Below, piece by piece: positions 20,848-30,345 of a stretch of DNA of 64,000 nucleotides. Made by a program: the position numbers and the translations under genes. The stretch spans positions 28,556 to 92,555 of the forward strand of contig CAYPUA010000008.1 in the NCBI GenBank assembly GCA_964413875.1. Reading direction: 5' to 3'. The notes below the pieces were generated by a model. That model ran no database searches, had not been told where the DNA came from, and was given only the letters and a program-made list of their open reading frames with translations. Source of the stretch: an uncultured Bdellovibrionales bacterium (GTDB taxonomy: Bacteria > Bdellovibrionota_C > UBA2361 > OMII01). The first letter of the stretch is position 1, and every line of letters begins with the position of its first letter.

Positions 20848-20877
20848 GGCGTCTCCCGAAAGGGAGGCGCCTTTTTT
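20848..20877 (+). terminator. intrinsic terminator
   Basis: GGCGTCTCCC-GAAA-GGGAGGCGCC (10 bp stem, one G.U) followed by TTTTTT, 28 nt after the OMP stop. Confidence 0.8.
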
Positions 20878-20911
20878 ATTTCTGGTTGCGAAATCGATGC
20901 ATGGGGAGGGT

Positions 20912-21290
20912 GAACAAAGAGGGCAGCGATGGGTTGAGGAATGCCCCCCTCTCTCCGTCCTCGCCGCTCTCTTTGTATAATTTCCCCCTTCTGCTCCGCC
21001 CACACACACCCATGCTCGTGCCCAGGAGCGGGAGCGTACGCGACCAGTTATTTGAACAAAGAGAGCAGCGAGAACAGCGAGGGGTCAGGGAATAAACTCC
21101 CCCTCTCTCCGGCCTCGCCGCTCTCTTTGTATAAATTCCCCCTTCTGCTCCGCCCACACACACCCATGCTCGTGCGCGGGAACGGGAACATGCCCGAACA
21201 GTTATTTGAACAAAGAGAGCAGCGAGGGGGTGAGAAACGAATCCCCCCTCTCTCCGGCCTAACCGCCCTCTTTGTGCAACTCCCCCCTCT
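20912..21290. repeat. about 2.5 tandem units (142 and 154 bp) of hairpin-plus-hexamer repeat family 1
   Basis: Units start at 20912, 21054, 21208 with gaacaaagag(a/g)gcagcga; each holds a ~75-nt imperfect hairpin (acaaagagagcagcgag ... ctcgccgctctctttgt) then ...cacacacacccatgctcgtgc + cgggaacgggaac. Confidence 0.75.
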
Positions 21291-21333
21291 CCACCTCCCG
21301 ACGAGCTACTCATCATGCTACGGTAGCTGTCGC

Positions 21334-23232
21334 ATGACAGACCCCCTGCAACCCGCAGCAAAACGGCTTCACATCGTCCTGATCGCGGGCACGCTCCTCT
21401 TAGCAGCAATCCTCTCCTTCCGCTCGATTGACGACCTGGATTACGGCATACACATCGCAACCGGCCGCTGGATTCTCCAGAACGGCACCGTTCCCACGAC
21501 CGATCCTTTCTCTTGGTCCTTCTCCTCTCACGCCTACATCGCCTACCACTGGGGCTTCCAGGTCATCTTGGCATGGCTAGAGAGCTTGCTGGGGCTCTGG
21601 GGGCCTGTCGGCCTGCGCTGCCTCCTTGTAACTCTGACAGCCATTGCCGTCGCCTGCGCCTGCAGAGTTCGGCGAGTCGACCCTCTCATCGCGGTTCTTT
21701 GCGGCGTTCTGGCTACCGTTGCTGCGGAGTGGCGCTTTGCGATGCGGCCAGAGCTCTTCTCCGACCTGTTCCTGGTGCTGACAGTGCTCGCTCTCGACAT
21801 GTATCGCGACGGCTCCAGGCGCGCTGCGTTCGCACTACCGCTCATATTTTGGGGCTGGGTCAACACGCACGTCTACGTGCTTGGGTTCGCAGTGTTGCTC
21901 CCGTGCATCGCCGAAGACCTGATGCGAGGCAAGCTGCGAAGCTCATTGCTTCTCGGCACCGCCCTTAGTGTTGGTGCCCTCTTCCTTAATCCGTACGGCT
22001 GGGAGGCTGTCGTAGAGCCGCTGCGCCTCATGACCCGCATGGAGAGCTCGAACGTCTTCGCGCAGCACATCTCAGAGCTCGAGTCGCCATTCAAGGCTTC
22101 CAACGATCCGAACTCGCTCTTTCAGATGCACAGCCAGTATGGCGCTTGGCTAGCGCTCCTTGTGCTCTCCGTTCCCGCTGCTATTGGCCTTGTTCGGTTA
22201 CGCCGATTCGCTGACGTTGTTTTCCTGTGTGCCCTTGCGGTGCTGTCAACGCTTGCCGTCCGAAACATGTCGATCTTCGTTATCGCAACGGTGCCAGCCC
22301 TTGCGACCGGGCTCTCAGAGTTTGTGTCGGCATCCCTTCCAATCGTGGGACGAAACCGTCATCGCATCGCGGTCGCTCTTGGAGCAGCGATCGCTATCCT
22401 GTGTGTGCGTGTTTCAAGCGGCGCCTGGTACGCCTCCCAGCGGCGCGATCTTCATTTTGCAGCAAAGCTTGAATCGTCAGCACTCGCGATTCAGGCTGCG
22501 GATTTCGTGCGTGACCACTCACTCGCAGGCAAAGGCTTCAATAACCTCGACGTTGGCGGGGCGCTGCTGCTGCGCGCTCCAGGCCACAAGATCTTCATCG
22601 ACGGCCGAAACGAGGTAACTGGAGAGGATTTCTTTAAGCGCTACCTGTGGCTTCTTGAGCCAGCGAACTTCATGCAGTTCGTCGAGCTGGAGAAGATTGA
22701 GTACATCGTCGTTTCGCATCGACAGACGATGCGGCTGCTGCGTGAACTGCTGCGAAGCGCACAGTGGACCGTTGCCCACTACGACGGCGTTGCGGTAGTG
22801 CTCGTGCGCAAAGCAGGGCCAAACGGAAGCCTGCCGGAGCAGCCGCTGCCAAATCCGATCACCGATGAGGAAGAGCGCTGGATGCTGCTCTCAAAGATCT
22901 TCGTTCAGCCCACGTTTATCGAGAGCCTCTCGCGCTGGCTCCTCGGAGGCGAGGAGATGCCCGAAGAGCTGAGCAAAATCGGCACATTCCTTCTGATGCT
23001 TGACCGCTGGGCGAACGCTGAGAGACCGCTGCTGGAGGCTGCTATCAAGGCGCCTGATTTCTGGGAAACGTCGAACAACCTTGGCGCCCTCTACTGGCGG
23101 CTGCAGAACTGGGAAGCCGCGGCGGCTAGCTACCGCACCGTCCTGATGCTGAAGCCCCGAAACCCTCTGGCACGCCGTCGTGCCGAAGAGGCCTGGGCGC
23201 TCTTCCAAGGGGCATGGAGAAACAAGAAATGA
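21334..23232 (+). CDS. GT-C-fold membrane glycosyltransferase-like protein with C-terminal TPR (TMTC/PMT-like layout)
   Basis: Start moved to MTDPLQ (upstream part of the ORF is the tandem repeat); ~12 TM helices; acidic loop-1 motif SIDDLDYGIH..DPFSW; C-terminal TPR NLGALYWRLQNWEAAAASYRTVLMLKPRNP. Confidence 0.55.
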   Translation: MTDPLQPAAKRLHIVLIAGTLLLAAILSFRSIDDLDYGIHIATGRWILQNGTVPTTDPFSWSFSSHAYIAYHWGFQVILAWLESLLGLWGPVGLRCLLVTLTAIAVACACRVRRVDPLIAVLCGVLATVAAEWRFAMRPELFSDLFLVLTVLALDMYRDGSRRAAFALPLIFWGWVNTHVYVLGFAVLLPCIAEDLMRGKLRSSLLLGTALSVGALFLNPYGWEAVVEPLRLMTRMESSNVFAQHISELESPFKASNDPNSLFQMHSQYGAWLALLVLSVPAAIGLVRLRRFADVVFLCALAVLSTLAVRNMSIFVIATVPALATGLSEFVSASLPIVGRNRHRIAVALGAAIAILCVRVSSGAWYASQRRDLHFAAKLESSALAIQAADFVRDHSLAGKGFNNLDVGGALLLRAPGHKIFIDGRNEVTGEDFFKRYLWLLEPANFMQFVELEKIEYIVVSHRQTMRLLRELLRSAQWTVAHYDGVAVVLVRKAGPNGSLPEQPLPNPITDEEERWMLLSKIFVQPTFIESLSRWLLGGEEMPEELSKIGTFLLMLDRWANAERPLLEAAIKAPDFWETSNNLGALYWRLQNWEAAAASYRTVLMLKPRNPLARRRAEEAWALFQGAWRNKK

Positions 23233-24983
23233 AGCGCCGCAAAGCCAAGAGCGAGAAGAGCAGCTCGGCGAAAGTCGTCGCTATGCCACAGCAGGCGAAA
23301 GCAGCTCCTTGGCACCGCTCACTGCTGGTGCTTCTCCCCGCTGCGGCGTTCCTGCTCTGCGGGCTCGATCATCTCTGGGTGACTGAGGATGCCTACATCA
23401 CCTTCAGGAGCGTCGACAACCTCTGGAATGGGTACGGGCCTAACTTCAATCGTGGCCTGCGAGTAGAGAGCTTTTCGCATCCACTCTGGTTCGTGATCCT
23501 TGCTGCGTTTCGTGCATTCGGGTACCCGGCCCTGCCTCCACTAGCTGCTATGGCGGGGGTAATCTTGTCAGTGCTCGGGCTGCTCACGGCTACCCAGGCA
23601 GCGCGTCTTCGGCTTGATAAGCTCCCCAGGCTCGCCCCAATCGGAGCCATCGCCGTGGCTGCGCTCCCTCCGTTCTGGGACTTCGCCTCCTCGGGACTTG
23701 AGACGGGGCTGACCTTCTTCTGGATAGGCCTGACGTCGTTGCTGCTCACCCTTGCGGCACGCGAACACCAGCGCCAAATTATTGCGGCTCTCTTCTGGAC
23801 GCTCGGACTGGCTCCCCTAATCCGGCCGGACTTAGCGCTCCCCTCAGCGCCGCTCGTCGTGCTGGCTCTGCTACTGAGCCGTTCCGCCGGCGAGGGCCTG
23901 CTACCCACCGTGCTCCGGCTGCTGCGAGTGGCTCTTCCTGGACTCACCTGGCAGGTGTTCCGTATGGGCTACTACGGCCTGACTGTTCCGAACACTTTTC
24001 TTGCAAAGGAAGGCTTTCTCTCGCGCTGGGACCAAGGATTCGTCTACCTGAACGACACGTACGGCCTCTACTGGCTCTACCCGGTGATTGCGCTGCTTCT
24101 TGCCGGCTCGGCCTACTCCTCCATTGCGTCGGCGCAACGGTGCCAAGACCGCACGGCGGCGTTCTCCTCATGGGCTATCCCGCTCGCGCTCCTGACCGGG
24201 GGTGTGCTGCATACTCTAGTTGTCGTGCGTACGGGTGGTGACTTCATGCATGCTCGACTTCTTCTGCCGGGCCTCTTCTTCGTTTTGAGTGCTGCTGCTG
24301 TCGTGTCACTTCCAGGCTCTAGGGCTATTCGCTTCAGCTCGCTCGTGGCTGCGAGCGTCTGGGTTTTTGCAGCTTCTCTCTGTCTACGCTCTCCACACCG
24401 AGAGGGCATCAGTGCCCACGGCATAGCAGACGAGCGTGCGTGGTACTCGCACAGCTCTAATTCCGTGCGCCCCTTTACCCTCGATGACTACCGCTTCCAC
24501 CGCTACTACCGCATCGGCGAGGAGGCAGCGCTCATGGTGCTCAAAGACAAGCTCAAGGCGGTCTACTGGGCCCACATCGGCATCGCTGTTACCGCCCTCG
24601 ACAAGGACACCATCGTCATCGACCCACTGGCTCTCAATGACCACATCGGCTCTCACATCGAGCTTGAGAGCCGCGGGCGCCCGGGTCACGAGAAGGTTGT
24701 TCGAGCTGCCTGGTTCTTCGCGCGCTACCCGGCGGGTGTAGGGATGGTGGTGAGAAACCAGCTTTCGGGCGCTTTCGCCAAGCCAGAGACGCCAGAGGCG
24801 ATCGCAGCCGCCCGAGTGGTGCTCGCTTCGCCATCGGTCGCCGAGCTAACCGAAGCGGTTTCGGCGCCGCTCACCTGGGAGCTGTTTTGGAAGAATGTGG
24901 GCCGCGCTCCCCGGCTAACTGCCCTGCGTATACCTGCGGACCCGATTAGGGCTCGGATTGCCCACGCAGCTCCACAGAATTAA
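23214..24983 (+). CDS. GT-C-fold membrane glycosyltransferase-like protein (arabinofuranosyl/mannosyltransferase-like)
   Basis: 589 aa polytopic; loop-1 motif VTEDAYITFRSVDNLWNGYGPNFNRGLRVESFSHPLW; alternative ATG at 23229 gives an ATGA overlap with the upstream stop. Confidence 0.5.
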   Translation: MEKQEMKRRKAKSEKSSSAKVVAMPQQAKAAPWHRSLLVLLPAAAFLLCGLDHLWVTEDAYITFRSVDNLWNGYGPNFNRGLRVESFSHPLWFVILAAFRAFGYPALPPLAAMAGVILSVLGLLTATQAARLRLDKLPRLAPIGAIAVAALPPFWDFASSGLETGLTFFWIGLTSLLLTLAAREHQRQIIAALFWTLGLAPLIRPDLALPSAPLVVLALLLSRSAGEGLLPTVLRLLRVALPGLTWQVFRMGYYGLTVPNTFLAKEGFLSRWDQGFVYLNDTYGLYWLYPVIALLLAGSAYSSIASAQRCQDRTAAFSSWAIPLALLTGGVLHTLVVVRTGGDFMHARLLLPGLFFVLSAAAVVSLPGSRAIRFSSLVAASVWVFAASLCLRSPHREGISAHGIADERAWYSHSSNSVRPFTLDDYRFHRYYRIGEEAALMVLKDKLKAVYWAHIGIAVTALDKDTIVIDPLALNDHIGSHIELESRGRPGHEKVVRAAWFFARYPAGVGMVVRNQLSGAFAKPETPEAIAAARVVLASPSVAELTEAVSAPLTWELFWKNVGRAPRLTALRIPADPIRARIAHAAPQN

Positions 24984-25192
24984 GCCCCTGCTGCTGAGTA
25001 GTGGTTTATTGCCGGTCTGGCACCAGGGTTGGCCACTTTTGCGGCGCTGGATTCTCTACTCAACTGACCAAAGCATCGAGATCGACATCGGGCTGGCTCA
25101 ACTTCACCTTAATCAGGAAGAACCCGAAGGTGGTCCCGTATCAACCGGCGCAGACCAAAAAATGGCGTGCCTTAAGAAGCCGTGCTCCCGAG

Positions 25193-26629
25193 TTATGCAT
25201 CGCCTCGTGCGCGACTCAGCCACGAAGGTCTCGAAGTTCCCATTGAAATACGCACTATCCCCGCCAGTCCCATGGCAAGCAGCTTCAGCCCCTCCCGGAA
25301 CCGGTGGATGTTCGTTACACCATAGGTCCGTCTCCTGTAGCGCACAGGCACATTCAGGATACCCAAACCCAGATCAGCGGCTGCGAATAGCAGGTCGAAA
25401 TCGCCGAATGGATCAAGCTTGCCGAACGTCTCCTGCCACTTCCGCATTCTCAGGTAGTCTCGCCGACTAAACAGCTTGGAGCCACAAAGACTGTCACTGA
25501 GCCTTGCTCCCAGGATGATGCTAAGGCTCTTCGAGAAAAACAGATTGCCGATCGTGTTTAGGAACCTCATAGCACCCGGGTCTGGCGGGTAAACCAAGCG
25601 GCTTCCGTTGATAAAGTCGGCCGTTCCCGAGACGTACACGCTGTATAGCCGCTCAATACTCGCTATAGCTACAGAGAGGTCAGCATCGAAAATCGTTAGC
25701 AACTCCCCCTGAGACAGCGCTAGGCCTACCTGAACTGCGTCGGCTTTACCTTTCCCAGGCTGCCTCTCAAGGACAATACGAAATTGGCCCTCATACTTTG
25801 CTTTCTCCGCCGCGAGCGCATCAAACGAGCCATCACTGGAGTTGCCTTCCACGCAAATAGCCTCAAGCGACATGCCTGACTTCACAAGTTCAGACAGCCC
25901 GCCGAAGAGTTCCGGTATCGTCCCTTTCTCGTTTCGAACCGGGATAATGACGCTGAGGAGTGGTTTGGCGTCAGCTGCGAGAATCGGCCGAAGTGTGCAC
26001 ACGCTGGCATATGCGGACCACCTCAGCACCGGAATTGCTGGAAGCAGCGCATTGATCAGATCCCCAAGCCCAAACAGGCGCCACGGAACGTAGCCGCTCG
26101 GCCTGACCCGAACTACTTCAAAACCAGCTGCTCGGGCTAGATCCTGTAGGTCTGTAAACGTCAGGAAGGTGCGAGGCATCTCAGCTTTCCGCAGTCCCAG
26201 AATGCGTTGCAGCGAGTACAACGGCTTCAAGTAGCTGTTGAAAACAACACAGACCAGCCTCGATCCCCGCGGGAGCTTGGGATGTAGCTCCCTAAGCAGG
26301 CTATGGACGTCCTCACAGGCATTGAGCGTTCCGTCGAGCACTACAGCACACTCACCTGGCTCACTCACCAGGGTATCCGGCAGATCCGATACGTCGTCTA
26401 CTTCAACACAATTCGGGGCAACGCTACTCTCGTAGCGAGCAATGCCAGATTTGTCCCGGACTACCCAAATGCGCTCAACGAACCTGCACGTTCGATGTGC
26501 CTCTATGCCCACGAGACAATTTACATACCGCATCCATCCCTCACTCGGCCGGGGGCGGCTTTTTTCCAGCAATTCATCCTTGCGAGCGGGTATCTCCTTG
26601 ACCGGAGCAGATTGGGGCATAAGTATCAC
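25193..26629 (-). CDS. family-2 glycosyltransferase (polyprenyl-phosphate sugar synthase-like) with N-terminal methyltransferase-like domain
   Basis: 478 aa; GT2 core LLSVIIPVRNEKGTI, VEGNSSDGS, DxD in IFDADLSV; N-terminal ~200 aa resemble a class I SAM-MTase fold (weak). Confidence 0.7.
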   Translation of the reverse strand: MILMPQSAPVKEIPARKDELLEKSRPRPSEGWMRYVNCLVGIEAHRTCRFVERIWVVRDKSGIARYESSVAPNCVEVDDVSDLPDTLVSEPGECAVVLDGTLNACEDVHSLLRELHPKLPRGSRLVCVVFNSYLKPLYSLQRILGLRKAEMPRTFLTFTDLQDLARAAGFEVVRVRPSGYVPWRLFGLGDLINALLPAIPVLRWSAYASVCTLRPILAADAKPLLSVIIPVRNEKGTIPELFGGLSELVKSGMSLEAICVEGNSSDGSFDALAAEKAKYEGQFRIVLERQPGKGKADAVQVGLALSQGELLTIFDADLSVAIASIERLYSVYVSGTADFINGSRLVYPPDPGAMRFLNTIGNLFFSKSLSIILGARLSDSLCGSKLFSRRDYLRMRKWQETFGKLDPFGDFDLLFAAADLGLGILNVPVRYRRRTYGVTNIHRFREGLKLLAMGLAGIVRISMGTSRPSWLSRARGDA

Positions 26630-26717
26630 CGGTAGAAGCCTGAGCGCTGAAGCCCAACTGGGCCCTCAAAGGCCGAGTCAGCTTGCCAACTCGAACGCAG
26701 CGAGATGTTAGCGGCAT

Positions 26718-27587
26718 ATGAGTCTTATGTCATCTACGAACCGATTCTCCACTTGGCAGTCACGCGCAGCCCTTGGCACTTACCGCACCGCTCGCTTCTT
26801 TCTCTCTCAAGACGCGTTGGTGCGCTCGGCGACTTTCAGGGCCTTATACTTCGCGTACAAGCGCCGATTTGCTGACCCGTTTGCTCGTCTTCCAGCATTT
26901 CTGCCTGGAGTCTACTCGGGGGGCAGTATCATCGATATTGGCGCAAATATCGGATACACGACCTCAGTGTTTCATCAGTTTATGGACACAACGAGCCGCT
27001 TGTTTGCGTTTGAGCCAGAGCGGCAAAATTTCGAAGCCCTTTCGCGCCTCTCCAAGTCATGGGAGAACGTTGAGTGCATCCAGACAGCAGTAGGCAGTGA
27101 CTGCGGGGATATGTTGTTGCGCACGAATCCTTTCCACCCTGGAGACCACAGAGTTGTGGCGAAGAGTACAAGCAACTGTTCTCGAGAGACTCTCGACTTG
27201 ACCCCTTGTGCCTGCACGACCCTAGACTCTTTCTTGGCCAGCAGGTCCATCAGCCCGAAGGACATCACGTTCTTGAAAATCGACGTCCAGGGCTTCGAGC
27301 CTGCGGTTATTGCAGGAGCACACAGGCTTCTTTCCGAGGGAACTAACATTCGCATGGCACTTGAGTTCGACTGGCCTGCAATTTGCGCGATGGGATTCAG
27401 TCCACGGAGCCTGCTTCGCGATATTCAAGAACTGGGCTTCACAATACATCGCCTCCATACCTCGGGGCGTTTCGAGCCTCTCGGGGCTGTTACGGAGGTG
27501 ACAGTCTGCGACATCCTATGTCTGCGGGGAGCAGAGACTCCGACATCTGATAGCACTTGCAACCCGGTCTCGACAGTTGTCCCATGA
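26718..27587 (+). CDS. FkbM-family SAM-dependent methyltransferase
   Basis: 289 aa; IIDIGANIGYTTSVF, FAFEPERQNFEAL, FLKIDVQGFEPAVIAGA. Confidence 0.8.
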   Translation: MSLMSSTNRFSTWQSRAALGTYRTARFFLSQDALVRSATFRALYFAYKRRFADPFARLPAFLPGVYSGGSIIDIGANIGYTTSVFHQFMDTTSRLFAFEPERQNFEALSRLSKSWENVECIQTAVGSDCGDMLLRTNPFHPGDHRVVAKSTSNCSRETLDLTPCACTTLDSFLASRSISPKDITFLKIDVQGFEPAVIAGAHRLLSEGTNIRMALEFDWPAICAMGFSPRSLLRDIQELGFTIHRLHTSGRFEPLGAVTEVTVCDILCLRGAETPTSDSTCNPVSTVVP

Positions 27588-29218
27588 ACCATCCGGCCCG
27601 CAAAATAAGTAGCTGGATTGCCCTGACACTTCTTCTAGCGATCGGCTTCCACCTTCGCTTTCAGGGCGCCCATCTTCGAGCAATCGACTATGATGAAATT
27701 TACCTCATGCGGCGGTCCGTCCTAGGTCTTCCGCTGACAGACGCGCCGTTAGCGCCGCTGCTTCTCCGCTACTTTCTGCTTTTGACGGACTTTTCTGGGG
27801 AGATGGTCTTCCTCTGGTCGGCGCTTCTGGGTACCGCAGCGATCCTTCTGTTTTATGCTCTAGCACGGATGTTCTCTGGATCCTCGACCGTTGCGCTCGG
27901 CTGTGCCAGCTTTCTTGCATTCTCTCCCCTCTCTATTTTCTACGCGCAGAAGGGCCGGCCCTACTCTCTTCTCCTGTGCGTTTCGGCTGTCCTCTACCTA
28001 TGCTTCTTCCGGGCTTGGCGAGAGCCCACGCCAAAGCGCTGGGGCATGTTCGCTCTCTCCGCCACTGCTGCCACATGCACGCACCTAGTCGCGCTTCAGG
28101 TCCTGGCAGCTCTCGCAGGGGGAGCGGTGGCCGCCCGAGTCCTGTGGAGGCATCTTGGCCTGACGGAGCAGCCATCGGCCCAAAAAGTCCGGCTCGTGGT
28201 CCTCATCAGCATTCTAGCCTCGGCACTCGGCTTGGCTGACCTGCATTCCGAGGAGACGAACTGGCACCTCGTAAACTTCTTCGCTGAGTACCGCGCTGGC
28301 TTGTTGCCGTTCCTGCGATCCCTGGCAGTAGGTCTCTCTTCGGCTTTCGAAGTTGTCTCCGGTGGGCCCTCGCTCAAAGATGGCATCATGGTCTGCTTCC
28401 TCTCTCTAGCTCTCTACGGACTGCTTAGGCTCGTTCGGGCACGGCGCGGAGACGAGGCTTTAATTCTTGCCAGCTGTATTTTGGTTCCTACCTTCGTGAT
28501 GTTTCTCACTTTAGGGTGCTTAAATGAGCAGTGGTCTTGGCTCCGATACGTTTCTCATCTCGCGCTGCCGTTTGGGCTTCTTCTGGTGCATGGGTGCAAC
28601 GAGGCGGCCAAACAAGCTTTGCCAAAGTTCATGCAAAAAGCCGCCACGCGAGCACTTCTGCTTTTCGCATTTCCCCTGGCTTTCCTTGAAGTCCAGCCTG
28701 GCTTGGCCCTTCATGGGCGTGATGGCGACGGAATGGTCTTCAAAATTGCCGCCGGCCTGCCCTTGGTGACTGGCGGGCTTCCATTCCAAGGTTATGTAAC
28801 TTTTACAGACCGTCCGGCGGATCTCCTTTGGCTATTTGGCAGGTCGGAACTAGGGGCACCCCGAATTTTCTGGGCAAGCAATACTCCTGGGGCTGCCGAA
28901 ATCGTCAGGCAACAAGAGGTCACTTTGCCGCCTCGAGCAGTTCGTGTGCCAAGATATTTTCGCCTTCCTAAGAGGCCGCTTCTGCCAGGCGCCTACGCCG
29001 TCGTGGGAAACTATGATTTTCCCGCCCTTTGGGTGCTCGCTGATTGCAGTGCGCTCGAGATGCACGCTGTATCCACGCTGAAGGCTCGAGAGCTGCCGCT
29101 TTCCGAAAGGAGAGCCAAAGCTTTGCAGTTCGAGGGCAAGCAGCTTATTCGCCCATGCGAGCTATATGCTGATACGCGAGAACCCAAGGAATCCCCCGAG
29201 CAGGAGGGGCCTAATTAA
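27584..29218 (+). CDS. ArnT/PMT-family (GT39/GT83-like) GT-C membrane glycosyltransferase
   Basis: Start placed at the ATG forming an ATGA overlap with the FkbM stop; polytopic; loop-1 IDYDEIYLMRR; YAQKGRPYSLL. Confidence 0.65.
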   Translation: MNHPARKISSWIALTLLLAIGFHLRFQGAHLRAIDYDEIYLMRRSVLGLPLTDAPLAPLLLRYFLLLTDFSGEMVFLWSALLGTAAILLFYALARMFSGSSTVALGCASFLAFSPLSIFYAQKGRPYSLLLCVSAVLYLCFFRAWREPTPKRWGMFALSATAATCTHLVALQVLAALAGGAVAARVLWRHLGLTEQPSAQKVRLVVLISILASALGLADLHSEETNWHLVNFFAEYRAGLLPFLRSLAVGLSSAFEVVSGGPSLKDGIMVCFLSLALYGLLRLVRARRGDEALILASCILVPTFVMFLTLGCLNEQWSWLRYVSHLALPFGLLLVHGCNEAAKQALPKFMQKAATRALLLFAFPLAFLEVQPGLALHGRDGDGMVFKIAAGLPLVTGGLPFQGYVTFTDRPADLLWLFGRSELGAPRIFWASNTPGAAEIVRQQEVTLPPRAVRVPRYFRLPKRPLLPGAYAVVGNYDFPALWVLADCSALEMHAVSTLKARELPLSERRAKALQFEGKQLIRPCELYADTREPKESPEQEGPN

Positions 29219-29358
29219 ACGCCACTCGGGTGACTGCGTGCTGCTGACAGCCCATAAGCAAGGAAGTTGCACCTTGAGAGGAGCGCATCTGTTGCGCTGG
29301 CCCGAGCTCATAGTCCTATAGGATTTCGGAGGCATGGCGCAAACTATTTGGCGCTGTC

Positions 29359-29448
29359 ACGAGCGTAGGTGGATCGGTCAGCGCAGCGATCGTCGAGACT
29401 GCCGGTGCGGATGCAACTGCTCGGGCTGCTGCCTATCAGTATTGGCAC
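29359..29448 (+). pseudogene. decayed duplicate of the anmK 5' end
   Basis: Translates TSVGGSVSAAIVETAGADATARAAAYQYWH versus AnmK GTSVDGSVSAAIIETDGADASTRVANLEYRY (30376-30463); nearby ATG (29334) is out of frame, stop soon after. Confidence 0.5.
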
Positions 29449-29489
29449 GTGGATTTCTGCTCCGATGTCCGAGCAGCTCTTAGGTTTTG

Positions 29490-29876
29490 TTAGTCCTCAA
29501 AGGACTCCTGGGCTTCTCGCATGACGTCTGTGAGCTCGCCGAGAGCAGACTTTGATGGCTTTAGCGCGGCGATGATGGCGTTCCACTCCTCCTCCGAGAG
29601 CATGCCCGGAATCTCCTTGAAGCGTGTCGTCTTTTCGCCAGCCTGCACGCTGATCTCTCTACGGTCATAGTTATCAACCGCGAAAGTTGCCTCGACAGAG
29701 TCGAGCGGAGCCTCGAAGCGGTCGCCGTTTTTCCTGACGATAACCAGATTTCCATCCCTGAGGGAGAACTCGTCCAAAAGCCAGCTAGCCGGATTGACCC
29801 AGTACATCTGCAGAAGCTTCTGCAGGAAATTAAGCTCTTGTGTCTTGAGGGCTATGTTGACTGGTGCTGGTTCCAT
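29490..29876 (-). CDS. hypothetical protein
   Basis: Start moved to MEPAPVN, which has aggagg 9 nt upstream; 128 aa; no family recognised. Confidence 0.45.
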   Translation of the reverse strand: MEPAPVNIALKTQELNFLQKLLQMYWVNPASWLLDEFSLRDGNLVIVRKNGDRFEAPLDSVEATFAVDNYDRREISVQAGEKTTRFKEIPGMLSEEEWNAIIAALKPSKSALGELTDVMREAQESFED

Positions 29877-30345
29877 GAGAATAGAGCCTCCTGAATACAT
29901 TAGTTTGCGATGGGCGCAACGACTAGCGCTGACCGATGAGTGCCGCCGTCGAATACGACTGGCGACGCCACATGGTAGCCGTGTCAATTTTCGCTCCAAG
30001 TTTCGGGATTTAATCTTTCCGCTCCGAGCCCCCTAGGGATCGGCCTGAGTGCCCAGGAACTTTAGGGCTTGCTTCCAGCGCGCTGGAGCAAGTTAAAGTT
30101 GCTCTGACCTTCAGGTTCGCCTGCCCGGAAAACGAGTCCCAAACGGCTAAAAAGTCGCTCGCACGGGCTACCGGCTGGGTCGGCCTCCTGTCCTTATCCC
30201 TGCACCTGGAGGGATCTCTCGGACGGCACTACCAGCCTCAACCCGAGACGCAAATCCCTGCCGTGGCTGGTACCAGGACCTGCAATCAATTAAGATCCGC
30301 TGGGACAATTCTTAAACGTCCCTTCTTCAAGTAGGCTTCGAGAAG

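Noticed and set aside
20941-21333. The 5' 131 codons of the 763-aa ORF (MPPSLRPRRS...), which would extend the GT-C protein upstream.
   Set aside because: This stretch is the tandem repeat array itself. The repeated peptide-like text is a by-product of repeated DNA, with hairpin symmetry and no membrane or signal logic. The TM-rich protein begins naturally at MTDPLQ (21334).
24958-25470. A 170-aa plus-strand ORF downstream of the second GT-C gene.
   Set aside because: It mostly overlaps the 3' part of the well-supported minus-strand GT2 gene. It has no motifs and atypical composition.
29443-29458. Sigma-54-like TGGCACG-N4-TTTC motif.
   Set aside because: The -12 element reads TTTC instead of TTGC, so the critical GC is lost. 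It also lies inside the decayed anmK fragment, about 900 nt from the next plus-strand gene.
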